This document shows, piece by piece, positions 1 through 7,326 of a stretch of DNA of 64,000 nucleotides. The notes below the pieces were generated by a model. That model was not told where the DNA came from. It did not search any database and was given only the letters and a program-made list of their open reading frames with translations. The DNA is from Dehalococcoidia bacterium (GTDB lineage: Bacteria > Chloroflexota > Dehalococcoidia > Lucifugimonadales > UBA3495). The stretch is from positions 829,276 to 893,275 of the forward strand of contig OZ219860.1 in the NCBI GenBank assembly GCA_964291545.2, in the 5' to 3' direction. Position 1 is the first letter of the stretch; the number at the start of each line of letters is the position of its first letter. A program made the translations under genes and the position numbers.

Positions 1-660
1 ATCTTCTGCAGCAAGCTGCCCAGGGCGTTATTTACATTTGGCTCCGTCTGGTTCGGCATGGCTTCCTGCGCCGTCAGGCCTGACTCCGTCCGATACTAGC
101 ACACATCATACCAAGCTCCGCCCGTCATTTCGCCCCCTTCCTGTCATCCCGCACCCACTCCCGCCGTTCCAGCGCCCCAACCATGTCATTCCGAGAGTAG
201 CCGCACCACCATTGTCATTCCGAGCGCAGCGCAGCGGAGAGAGGAATCTAAAGTGGTTGTGCACCATCGTCGTGGTGTTCCCTGCAACACCGCGCCATAG
301 AGGGGTCCTTCAACCGTGATTGGGGCCAGGGACTTTTAGATTCCTCGTCGCAGGCTCCTCGGAATGACAGGTTGGGTCTGAAATGACGGGGGCCCAGGCC
401 GCCCGTCCGTTCTTCCAGAGCCTGTCCTGAGCCAGGGCAGCCCGTCCGTTCCCCCTTCGATTTCCCTCAGGACGAACGGACAGCAGGGGTCTGTCCTGAG
501 CCGGTCGTAGGGGCAACCCTTGTGGTTGCCCAACCCCCCAAACCACTGTCATTTCCCCCCTTGCCCACCCCGGCAACCACCCCATATCATAAACACAGGT
601 CAGGTCCAAGCCATTGCGCCGGACCAAATCAAGACCTGCCACTGAGGCCCGTGACATGTT

Positions 661-915
661 GTGACCAAACGCCGCTCCAAGCCCGCACCCCCTCCCTCCA
701 TCTCTCCTCAACGGGAGGAACTGGGAGAAATCGACAGGCGAATAAAATTTTCCAGCCTCTCCCACCGCCAACAGACTGCGCTCCCTATCATCGCCGCCAC
801 TCCCACCTTGGCCCAAGCCGCCCGCTCCTCCGGCATCGGAGAAAGCGCCCTCTACTGCTGGCTTGAAGACCCCGACTTCCGTGACGAACTGACCCGCCCC
901 AACCACGCCGCCCGA
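661..915 (+). pseudogene. Possible truncated phage-type HTH protein fragment; the reading frame runs on into the repeats
   Basis: The translation SLSHRQQTALPIIAATPTLAQAARSSGIGESALYCWLEDPDFRDELTR looks like a small HTH DNA-binding module. After about aa 85 the frame continues only through family B/A/C repeat sequence, so the long ORF 661..1185 is not credible as a whole. Confidence 0.3.
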
Positions 916-1084
916 AATTCCGCCCCCCAACACTGTCATTCCGAAGCGCAGCGAGGAATCTGGGGATGCGGGGCCCCCCGCCCCCCGTTCCCCCTTCGAT
1001 TTCCCTCAGGACGAACGGGGCCCCACCCCGGGCTTGTTCTCCGACCCGTCTTTCCGGCGAAAGCCGGAATCCAGACAGCCCCGA

Positions 1085-1185
1085 GTGAAACAACCCTGCG
1101 TGTGCATTCTCACAAGCAATCGGAACGGCGCCCTGTATCTTGGAGTTTCCTCGAGTGGCGAGACTTGTATGAAGACCTGGCTTGA
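1085..1185 (+). pseudogene. Internally deleted remnant of a small GIY-YIG nuclease family gene
   Basis: From the GTG at 1085 the frame reads VKQPCVCILTSNRNGALYLGVSS, matching the N-terminal GIY-YIG pattern YVYILAS.RNGTLYIGVT. One frame over, 1153-1185 reads EWRDLYEDLA-stop, matching the usual C-terminus NPEWRDLYEEL of these ~90-aa proteins. The middle ~55 aa are missing. Family C hairpins flank it at 1052-1069 and 1191-1210. Confidence 0.45.
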
Positions 1186-1446
1186 ACTGGATTCCGGTTT
1201 TCACCGGAATGACGGTCACGCAAAGGTCTCCGCAGGCGGGAATCTCGCGCCTCTGGGCGCTGCCACGTCCGTCCCGAAAGAATTGGGAGCAGCCCGTCCG
1301 TTCCCCCTTCGAGAACCTCAGGACGAACGGACGGGCTGCGGGGTGGGTGGGCAGGACGGAGTTTGGGGGCATGGATTTTAGACCCCCGCCACCGCGGGGG
1401 TGACGGTTGGGGGATGGGGATGTGGGGGACGCACCCCCCACCCCCA

Positions 1447-1485
1447 GTGAGAGGAAATGAGAGCAAATGAAAGGCAACCTAAAAT
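1447..1485 (+). promoter_or_regulatory. Three phased 10-bp direct repeats plus a -10-like TAAAAT (copy 1 of a duplicated module)
   Basis: GTGAGAGGAA ATGAGAGCAA ATGAAAGGCA ACCTAAAAT. TAAAAT lies at 1480-1485, 22 nt before the ATG at 1508, with a GAGGTG RBS in between. A near-identical module sits at 2245-2283. Confidence 0.3.
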
Positions 1486-1507
1486 TTCAACCAAGAGGTG
1501 AACAAGA

Positions 1508-1867
1508 ATGAGCCAGCTATCCTACGTCAGGTCTCGAATCAACGCCCTCCGCCGCAAGTTCGCCCTCGAAATATCCCACAACCAGATCCGGCCCATGGTC
1601 GAAGACTTTTGCTCCGAGTCCTATGCCGCCGCCATGGCCCGCAAGCCCTTGCCCGACCAATGGGACTTCTTTCCCAAAGTGGCCGCCGCTGGATTCCGCC
1701 TCCCCACCTTCACGGCCGCCCACTCCTACCTGGAGCGTTGCCTCGCCCAAAAAGTCCTGCCAGGAGTCGAACATCTGCTGGGCGCCCTGCTACCCTGGGC
1801 CACCCTCCGCGGCCTCGTCGTCCTGTCCGCCGACGGCCCGCCCGTCCCCGTCCCCGAAAGCGCCTGA
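1508..1867 (+). CDS. Hypothetical protein (119 aa)
   Basis: ATG preceded by a GAGGTG RBS. The composition is non-repetitive, unlike the surrounding repeat-derived ORFs. I recognise no family. Confidence 0.4.
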   Translation: MSQLSYVRSRINALRRKFALEISHNQIRPMVEDFCSESYAAAMARKPLPDQWDFFPKVAAAGFRLPTFTAAHSYLERCLAQKVLPGVEHLLGALLPWATLRGLVVLSADGPPVPVPESA

Positions 1868-1888
1868 TGCGCCCAATACGCCAGAAGG

Positions 1889-2156
1889 GGAGCCCGTCCG
1901 TTCGTCCTGAGCGCAACCCCGTCAGTTTGTCCTGAAAGGAGCCCGTCCGTTCGTCCTGAGCGCAGCCCCGTCAGTTTGTCCTGAAAGGAGCCCGTCCGTT
2001 CGTCCTGAGCGCAGCCCCGTCAGTTTGTCCTGAAAGGAGCCCGTCCGTTCGTCCTGAGCGCAGCCCCGTCAGTTTGTCCTGAAAGGAGCCCGTCCGTTCG
2101 TCCTGAGCGCAGCCCCGTCAGTTTGTCCTGAAAGGAGCCCGTCCGTTCGTCCTGAC
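1889..2156 (+). repeat. Tandem array: 49-bp unit x5 plus a 23-bp partial sixth unit
   Basis: The unit GGAGCCCGTCCGTTCGTCCTGAGCGCAGCCCCGTCAGTTTGTCCTGAAA starts at 1889, 1938, 1987, 2036, 2085 and 2134. Copies are identical except A for G at 1916 in the first copy. The unit contains one arm of the family A hairpin. Confidence 0.95.
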
Positions 2157-2159
2157 CCC

Positions 2160-2206
2160 GTCCTGAGGTTCTCGAAGGAGGCTCTCGAAGGGGGAACGGA
2201 CGGGCG
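2160..2206. repeat. Family A hairpin element in opposite orientation, closing the tandem array
   Basis: CCTGAGGTTCTCGAAGG..CTCGAAGGGGGAACGGACGGGC supplies the complementary arm (GAACGGACGGGC) to the GCCCGTCCGTTC arms of the array. Confidence 0.8.
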
Positions 2207-2244
2207 GGGGATGTCGGGACCGCCCCAAACCAGCCAACACCCAA

Positions 2245-2283
2245 ATGAGAGGATATGAGAGGAAATGAAAGGCGACCTAGAAT
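2245..2283 (+). promoter_or_regulatory. Three phased 10-bp direct repeats plus a -10-like TAGAAT (copy 2)
   Basis: ATGAGAGGAT ATGAGAGGAA ATGAAAGGCG ACCTAGAAT. TAGAAT lies at 2278-2283, 70 nt upstream of the SDR ATG at 2353. The G-rich flank GGGGATGT(G/C)GGG..CCCC is also shared with copy 1. Confidence 0.3.
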
Positions 2284-2352
2284 TTTCGGCGCTTTGCCCG
2301 CCCAGCCTCCTCCCTGCTACAATCCCTCAAAACCTGAGGCTGAGGAGGCCAA

Positions 2353-3126
2353 ATGAGACTGGAAAATAAGGTCGCCGTTATCAGCGGCGGCGCCCGGGGC
2401 CAGGGCGCCATCGAGGCCAAGCTCTTCGCCGGCGAAGGCGCCCGCGTTGTCTTCGGCGACATCCTCGACGATGAGGGCCTCAAGGTCGAGGCCCAGATCA
2501 GGGAGGCCGGAGGCGAGGCAACCTACGTCCACCTGGACGTGACAGTGGAAGCCGACTGGCAACAGGCCATGGACACCGCCCTCTCCAAGTACGGCAAGCT
2601 GGACATCCTGGTAAACAATGCCGCCATCGTGCCGCGCGACGGCTCCGGGAATACTATCGAGTCCACCACCGCCGATATCTGGGACCGGATTATGGCCGTC
2701 AACACCAAGGGCGTCTTCCTCGGCACCAGGTTCGCCATCCCCCTCATGCGCCAGTCCGGCGGCGGCTCCATCATCAACATCTCCTCAGGCGCCGGCATCA
2801 CGCCCACCCGGGGCACTCCCGCCGTCTACGCCGCCAGCAAGGGCGCGGTACGCCTGTTCACCAAGTCCACCGCCACTCAACACGCCCAAGACAACATCCG
2901 TTGCAACTCAGTGCACCCCGGCCCCATCGACACCGATATGCTCAGTCCCCAGGAGATCGACGAAGAAGGCAACCTGGTCCTGGGAGTCATGGAACGGCAG
3001 GTCCCCCTGGGCCGTCGCGGCAGACCCGATGAGGTGGCCTACGGCGTCCTCTACCTGGCTTCCGACGAGTCGTCCTACGTCACCGGCTCCGAACTCGTTA
3101 TCGACGGCGGACGCACCGCCCAATAG
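2353..3126 (+). CDS. Short-chain dehydrogenase/reductase (SDR) family oxidoreductase
   Basis: Motifs SGGARGQG (TGxxxGxG type), NNAA and the YAASK catalytic YxxxK. 257 aa, with a GAGGAGG RBS. Confidence 0.85.
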   Translation: MRLENKVAVISGGARGQGAIEAKLFAGEGARVVFGDILDDEGLKVEAQIREAGGEATYVHLDVTVEADWQQAMDTALSKYGKLDILVNNAAIVPRDGSGNTIESTTADIWDRIMAVNTKGVFLGTRFAIPLMRQSGGGSIINISSGAGITPTRGTPAVYAASKGAVRLFTKSTATQHAQDNIRCNSVHPGPIDTDMLSPQEIDEEGNLVLGVMERQVPLGRRGRPDEVAYGVLYLASDESSYVTGSELVIDGGRTAQ

Positions 3127-3184
3127 CATCCGGCAATGCCTGATCGCTGGAGAAGCATGACCTTAACCCCGACCCGGATGACCC

Positions 3185-4105
3185 ATGCCGGCTGACCTGC
3201 GTTGGGGGATCGGCGTCCCCCAGATATTCCCCGACCAGCCTGTGGACATGTCCCTGGTCCGGCGCTGGACCCTGCGGGCCGAGGAACTGGGCTTCGACAG
3301 TCTCTGGACCATGGAGGGCATCACCGGCGGCCTGGCAACCCTGGAACCGGTGACCCTGCTGTCCTACATGTCCGCCCTGACCGAGCGGGTCAAGCTCGGC
3401 GTTTCCGTGATCATCGCCCCACACCGCAACCCGGTGCAGCTCGCCAAGGCCCTGGGAAGCCTCGACACCATCAACCAGGGACGCCTCATACTTGGCATCG
3501 GCCTGGGCCACCGGATAATGTCCGACGCGTTCGGCATCAGCCCCGAGCACCGGGTGGGCCGGTTCGTCGAAATCATGGACGTGATGAAAGCCCTCTGGAC
3601 CCAGCCCCAAGCCGACTATTCAGGCCGGTTCTGGAAGCTGCAAGACACCCGGATGGAACCCAAGCCTGTCCAGAAGCCGCACCCGCCCATCTGGCTGGGC
3701 GGATGGCACCCCCGGGTGCTGCGGCGTGCCGTGCGCCACGCCGACGGTTGGATGGGAGCCGGCGCCAGCTCCACTGAACAGTTCGTCGAGAACATGGGAC
3801 GCCTGCGCTCGTACCTGGAGGAAGCAGACAGGGACCCGGCAACGTTCGCCGTCTCCAAGCGGGTCTATCTGGCCATCGACTCAGACGAAGCTCGGGCCGA
3901 GGCACGCCTGCGCACCTGGTTCGGCCACATGTACCGGAACCCCGACATGGCCAACCGGGTATCCGTCTGGGGAAGCCCCTCGACCTGCGCCGAGAAGCTG
4001 GTGGAAGTGGCCGACGCCGGCGCCCAGATGCTAATGCTCAACCCGGTCTACGACCACCTGGAGCAACTGGAAGCGCTGTCATCCGACGTCATACCCAACG
4101 TCTAG
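3185..4105 (+). CDS. Luciferase-like monooxygenase (LLM) / F420-dependent oxidoreductase family protein
   Basis: 306 aa. The N-terminus WGIGVPQ..., the segment ELGFDSLWTMEG and overall TIM-barrel LLM-like features match my memory of the family. Confidence 0.7.
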   Translation: MPADLRWGIGVPQIFPDQPVDMSLVRRWTLRAEELGFDSLWTMEGITGGLATLEPVTLLSYMSALTERVKLGVSVIIAPHRNPVQLAKALGSLDTINQGRLILGIGLGHRIMSDAFGISPEHRVGRFVEIMDVMKALWTQPQADYSGRFWKLQDTRMEPKPVQKPHPPIWLGGWHPRVLRRAVRHADGWMGAGASSTEQFVENMGRLRSYLEEADRDPATFAVSKRVYLAIDSDEARAEARLRTWFGHMYRNPDMANRVSVWGSPSTCAEKLVEVADAGAQMLMLNPVYDHLEQLEALSSDVIPNV

Positions 4106-4148
4106 AGGGACACGCATGACGTCTCCGGCCGGCCCAGGCGAACAGGCC

Positions 4149-5015
4149 TTATGAGGCCGCTGGACCCGCCTCGATAGCCGCTGCCCGGAAGCCGCGGAGC
4201 GCCGGCCAGACTCTCTTAGCCGTAGCCACCACCGCGAAAGCTACCGTGGCCACCAAGGCCATGGCGGGGCCGGAAGGGAGGTCGGCGTGGTACGACAGGT
4301 ACAGGCCGGTCACCGCTGAGGCCGAGCCGATGAGCGCCCCGATGACCATGACTCCCACGAAGCGCCTGGCCAGCAGGTACGCCGTAGCCGCCGGCGTGAT
4401 CAGCATAGCCATGACCAGCACTATCCCCGCCGCCTGGATTCCGATGACGATGACCAGCGCCAGAAGCGTCAAAAGCACGTACTCGACCAGGTTCGTCTTT
4501 ATGCCAACCACCGATGCGCCGACGGGGTCGAAGGTTGTGTACACCAGCTGCCGGTGGAAGGCATAGAGCCCGACCAGGACCACCCCCGCCAGCGCCAGGG
4601 AGATGTACACTTCCGTCTGCAACACTCCCAGCACCTGGCCCAACAGCAGGTCTTCGATGTTCACGGTCACGTTGGTGGACTTGGAAAGCATTACCAAGCC
4701 AAGGGCGAACGTCCCGGCGAAGACAATGCCGATGGACGTGTCCTCGCTGATGCCGGTGCGCCGCGCCACGGTTCCCATCAGCAGCGCCAAGGCAATGCCC
4801 GTGGGAACGGCCGCGAAGAACGGGCTGATCCCCAGGAGGAACGCCACCACCATGCCCGGCAACACCGAGTGGGCCAGCGCGTCGCCCATGAACGCCCTGC
4901 CCCTGGTGATGACATAGGCTCCGAGCACTGGGCACATCACACCCACGACTACCGACACGATCAGGGCCCGGACCATAAAGCTGTACTCAAATGGTCCGAC
5001 GATGTAGTCGATCAT
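4149..5015 (-). CDS. znuB: Metal (Zn/Mn) ABC transporter permease
   Basis: The hydrophobic ZnuB/MntB/TroC-like sequence starts at MIDYIVGPFEYSFMVRAL. The ATG at 5015-5013 overlaps the upstream TGA by 4 bp (ATGA). The longer 413-aa ORF extension is Arg/Pro-rich junk. Confidence 0.85.
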   Translation of the reverse strand: MIDYIVGPFEYSFMVRALIVSVVVGVMCPVLGAYVITRGRAFMGDALAHSVLPGMVVAFLLGISPFFAAVPTGIALALLMGTVARRTGISEDTSIGIVFAGTFALGLVMLSKSTNVTVNIEDLLLGQVLGVLQTEVYISLALAGVVLVGLYAFHRQLVYTTFDPVGASVVGIKTNLVEYVLLTLLALVIVIGIQAAGIVLVMAMLITPAATAYLLARRFVGVMVIGALIGSASAVTGLYLSYHADLPSGPAMALVATVAFAVVATAKRVWPALRGFRAAAIEAGPAAS

Positions 5016-5776
5016 GGCAGGCGGCCCGGGGCGTGAAAGTGGTTGGGGTCGAACTCGATGCCGTGGGAGCCGTACAGCTCTTCGAGAACCGCGGAGGTGA
5101 ACGCCACGTCGGGCGGCCCGCAGGCGCACACGTGGTGGTTGATGCACAGCACCTGGTCGAACCGTTCGGCGAGGTTGGTAAGGTCGTGGGTGGCCAGAAG
5201 CACCACCCTGCCCTCGTCGCGCAAGGTCTGGAGGACCTGCACGATTTCTTCCTGCGCTCCCACGTCGACGCCGCTGAACGCTTCGTCGAGCAGAATGATG
5301 CTGGCTTCCTGAGCCAGCGCTCGCGCTATGAACACCCGCTGGCGTTGGCCCCCGGAAAGCTCGGTCATCAGTTTCGAGCGCTGCTCCCACAAGCCGACGC
5401 GTCCCAGGCAGGCCCGCACCAGCTCGCGGTCTCGCCTGCCGGGCCTCCGGAAAAGGCCAACGTGGCAGCAGCCCATGGTCACTACGTCCTCAACGCTGGC
5501 GGGGAAGAGCCAGTTGATGCTGTCCCGCTGGGGAACGTAGGCCAGGGCGCTGCGTTTGGTCCCGGCTCCCCGCAGGGTCACTGTGCCCTGGCTGATCGGC
5601 AACACCCCGGCAACGGCGTCGAAAAGGGTGCTCTTGCCGGCGCCGTTCGGGCCCAGGACGCCCATCAGAGTCCCAGGTCCAACCTCAAAAGTCACGTCGG
5701 TGAGAGCTTGGTGTCCTCCGCGCACCACGCTTACGTCTTCAACGCTTATACCGGGTTCAAACGTCATCGTTGACAA
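5012..5776 (-). CDS. znuC: Metal ABC transporter ATP-binding protein
   Basis: Walker A GPNGAGKST, signature LSGGQRQR, Walker B ILLDE. TTG start as given in the ORF track. Confidence 0.9.
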   Translation of the reverse strand: MSTMTFEPGISVEDVSVVRGGHQALTDVTFEVGPGTLMGVLGPNGAGKSTLFDAVAGVLPISQGTVTLRGAGTKRSALAYVPQRDSINWLFPASVEDVVTMGCCHVGLFRRPGRRDRELVRACLGRVGLWEQRSKLMTELSGGQRQRVFIARALAQEASIILLDEAFSGVDVGAQEEIVQVLQTLRDEGRVVLLATHDLTNLAERFDQVLCINHHVCACGPPDVAFTSAVLEELYGSHGIEFDPNHFHAPGRLP

Positions 5777-5795
5777 CCTTCCCCCGCGTCGGGAC

Positions 5796-7211
5796 CTATT
5801 GGAGAGCTTCTACGATGCGCTCAACGTTGGTTCTCACCATACCGAGGTACGTCGCCGCGCTGGTGCCCTCGTTGTCCAGGGATCCCGAGTAGAGCCTGAC
5901 CAGTTCGGCGCCCGATTCGGTGGCGACGACGTTGGCCAAACGTTCGCTGACCGTTGTCTCGCCGAACACCGCCGGGACCTGGTTTCTAATGGCCACTTCG
6001 ATCAGGTCCGCCAGGTCCTCCGGTGAAGGTTCCACTTCGGTTGTTCCCGCCAAGACGACTCCGATAACGTCAAACCCGTAAAGGGTTGCGAAGTATCCCA
6101 GGCTGTCGTGGGAGGTTATCAGCAACCGGCGAGCCTCGGGCACGGCCGTCACGTGTTCTGCCGTCCAGGTATGCAATTCGTCCAGTTGGGCGTTATACGC
6201 CTCGGCGTTGGCGGCAAATGCGTCGGCCCGGCCCGGGTCCAACGCGGCCAGTCGGGAGGTAATCTCGTTGACCGCCGTTTTGACCCTGATTGGGTCGAAC
6301 CAGAAGTGGGGGTCGTGGGTCCCGTGTCCGTGGCCCTCGTGCGCATCTTCGCCTTCGACCGTTAGTTCCTCAATGGCCTCAATAGCGTCCTCGGCGCTCA
6401 TGTTACCCTCTTGGGCTTCTTCAACGATCTCCAGGATCATGGCAGCGAGCGCTTCTGCTTCACCGTGGTGGTCATCTTCCTCGTCACCGTGGTGGTCGCC
6501 CTCCTCCTCTCCTTCTTCGTCGCCGTGGTCCTCACCCTCTTCTTCCTCATCTCCGTGGTCCTCTTCTTCACCCTCGTCGCCGTGATCCTCGCCCTCGTCG
6601 CCGTGGTCTTCACCCTCGAGGGTCTCTAGAAATTCCTCGATTTCTTCCAGACCTTCTTCAGGGGTGATTTCTCCCTCTTCAACTTCATGCACGATGTGGC
6701 TGATCTCTTCGATGAGCTCAACGTCCTCAATATGGGACTCTCCGAACTCTATGGGGTCGATGAGTTCGGCCAGTTCCACTATGCTCGACTCGTCCCGCGC
6801 GGCGCTTTCCACCAACTCATGGAGCCAGGCTTCCTCCAGGCCCAGGCCGATGCTGAGCACCAGGTCGGCGTCGGCAATTCTAGCGACGTCCTGGGCTCCC
6901 GGCTGGTAGGTATGCGGGTCAACTCCGACGGGCAGCAGGCTGAAGACCTCCACGTGCTCGCCCCCAATGTTCTCTACCCAGTCCGCAACTATATTGGTGG
7001 TCGATACCACTTTCAGCGCTGGGGGCTGCGGCGTCGGTTCTGCCGTGGGTTCAACGGCAGCGGTGGGCGCTTGCGTCGCAGCAGTCTGCGTCGGTGCAGC
7101 GTCTCCGTTGCACGCAGCCAACGCCAGCAACGGGACAGCCGCCAGCAAAGCTATCTTCCAAAGGTCCAACGTCCAGTTTTTAATACTCAGTATCATTTTA
7201 TGGCCAAACAT
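5796..7211 (-). CDS. znuA: Metal ABC transporter substrate-binding lipoprotein, ZnuA/TroA family, with a very long acidic/His-rich insertion
   Basis: Lipobox LLALAAC. Cluster 9 SBP-like core (DPHTYQP, DPHFWFDP, LITSHDSLGYF). DHGDE-type repeats span about aa 199-250. 471 aa. Confidence 0.85.
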   Translation of the reverse strand: MFGHKMILSIKNWTLDLWKIALLAAVPLLALAACNGDAAPTQTAATQAPTAAVEPTAEPTPQPPALKVVSTTNIVADWVENIGGEHVEVFSLLPVGVDPHTYQPGAQDVARIADADLVLSIGLGLEEAWLHELVESAARDESSIVELAELIDPIEFGESHIEDVELIEEISHIVHEVEEGEITPEEGLEEIEEFLETLEGEDHGDEGEDHGDEGEEEDHGDEEEEGEDHGDEEGEEEGDHHGDEEDDHHGEAEALAAMILEIVEEAQEGNMSAEDAIEAIEELTVEGEDAHEGHGHGTHDPHFWFDPIRVKTAVNEITSRLAALDPGRADAFAANAEAYNAQLDELHTWTAEHVTAVPEARRLLITSHDSLGYFATLYGFDVIGVVLAGTTEVEPSPEDLADLIEVAIRNQVPAVFGETTVSERLANVVATESGAELVRLYSGSLDNEGTSAATYLGMVRTNVERIVEALQ

Positions 7212-7262
7212 CTTAACTCGGTCTTTCCTTGCCTTTGGGTTGGGTTGGTTGGAGTCCGGCGG

Positions 7263-7291
7263 ATTATATGATATGCAATCTCAATAGTCAA
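7263..7291 (-). promoter_or_regulatory. Sigma70-type promoter for znuA with an embedded Fur/Zur-box-like 7-1-7 imperfect palindrome
   Basis: The minus strand reads TTGACT (7291-7286), a 17-nt spacer, then TATAAT (7268-7263). The spacer contains TGAGATTGCATATCA (7283-7269), which pairs at 5 of 7 arm positions and resembles TGATAATNATTATCA. Confidence 0.5.
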
Positions 7292-7326
7292 CTTGCCGGG
7301 GCCGACTTGATGTTCATTGGCTTTCG

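Larger units (their letters stand above)
185..1337. repeat. Mosaic of short hairpin (REP/MITE-like) repeats, at least four families
   Basis: Family B GTCATTCCGAGCGCAGCG..GAGGAATCT at 214-248, inverted at 338-370, and at 935-961. Family A GCCCGTCCGTTC-(CCCCTTCGA..CCTCAG loop)-GAACGGACGGGC at 440-481, 981-1020 and 1291-1337 (13-bp perfect stem). Family C ATTCCGG-N4-6-CCGGAAT at 1052-1069 and 1191-1210. GGGCAACC-cttgt-GGTTGCCC at 511-531. The same families recur elsewhere in the window. Confidence 0.85.

Noticed and set aside
1-59. Possible start of a minus-strand gene running off the left edge (MPNQTEPNVNNALGSLLQK, AGGAAG just upstream)
   Set aside because: Only 19 codons are visible, which is too little to support a call.
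38-1477. Several 90-230-aa ORFs on both strands (38..319, 310..939, 522..866, 788..1477, 1034..1381 and others)
   Set aside because: Their translations are dominated by repeat-derived peptides (PFVLREIEGGTDG, VIPRSLRRG, GQPQGLPLR, FPAKAGIQ types). They overlap each other in all frames. They are artefacts of GC-rich repeat DNA, apart from the short HTH and GIY-YIG fragments reported separately.
1889-2156. Regularly spaced repeats that might be a CRISPR array
   Set aside because: The whole 49-bp unit repeats with no variable spacers. The unit is derived from a dispersed hairpin repeat, and there are no cas genes in the window. It is a plain tandem repeat.
5016-5390. 125-aa N-terminal extension of the znuB ORF
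   Set aside because: The extension is Arg/Pro/Gly-rich, overlaps znuC entirely, and homology starts at MIDYIV. That ATG forms the classic ATGA overlap with the znuC stop.
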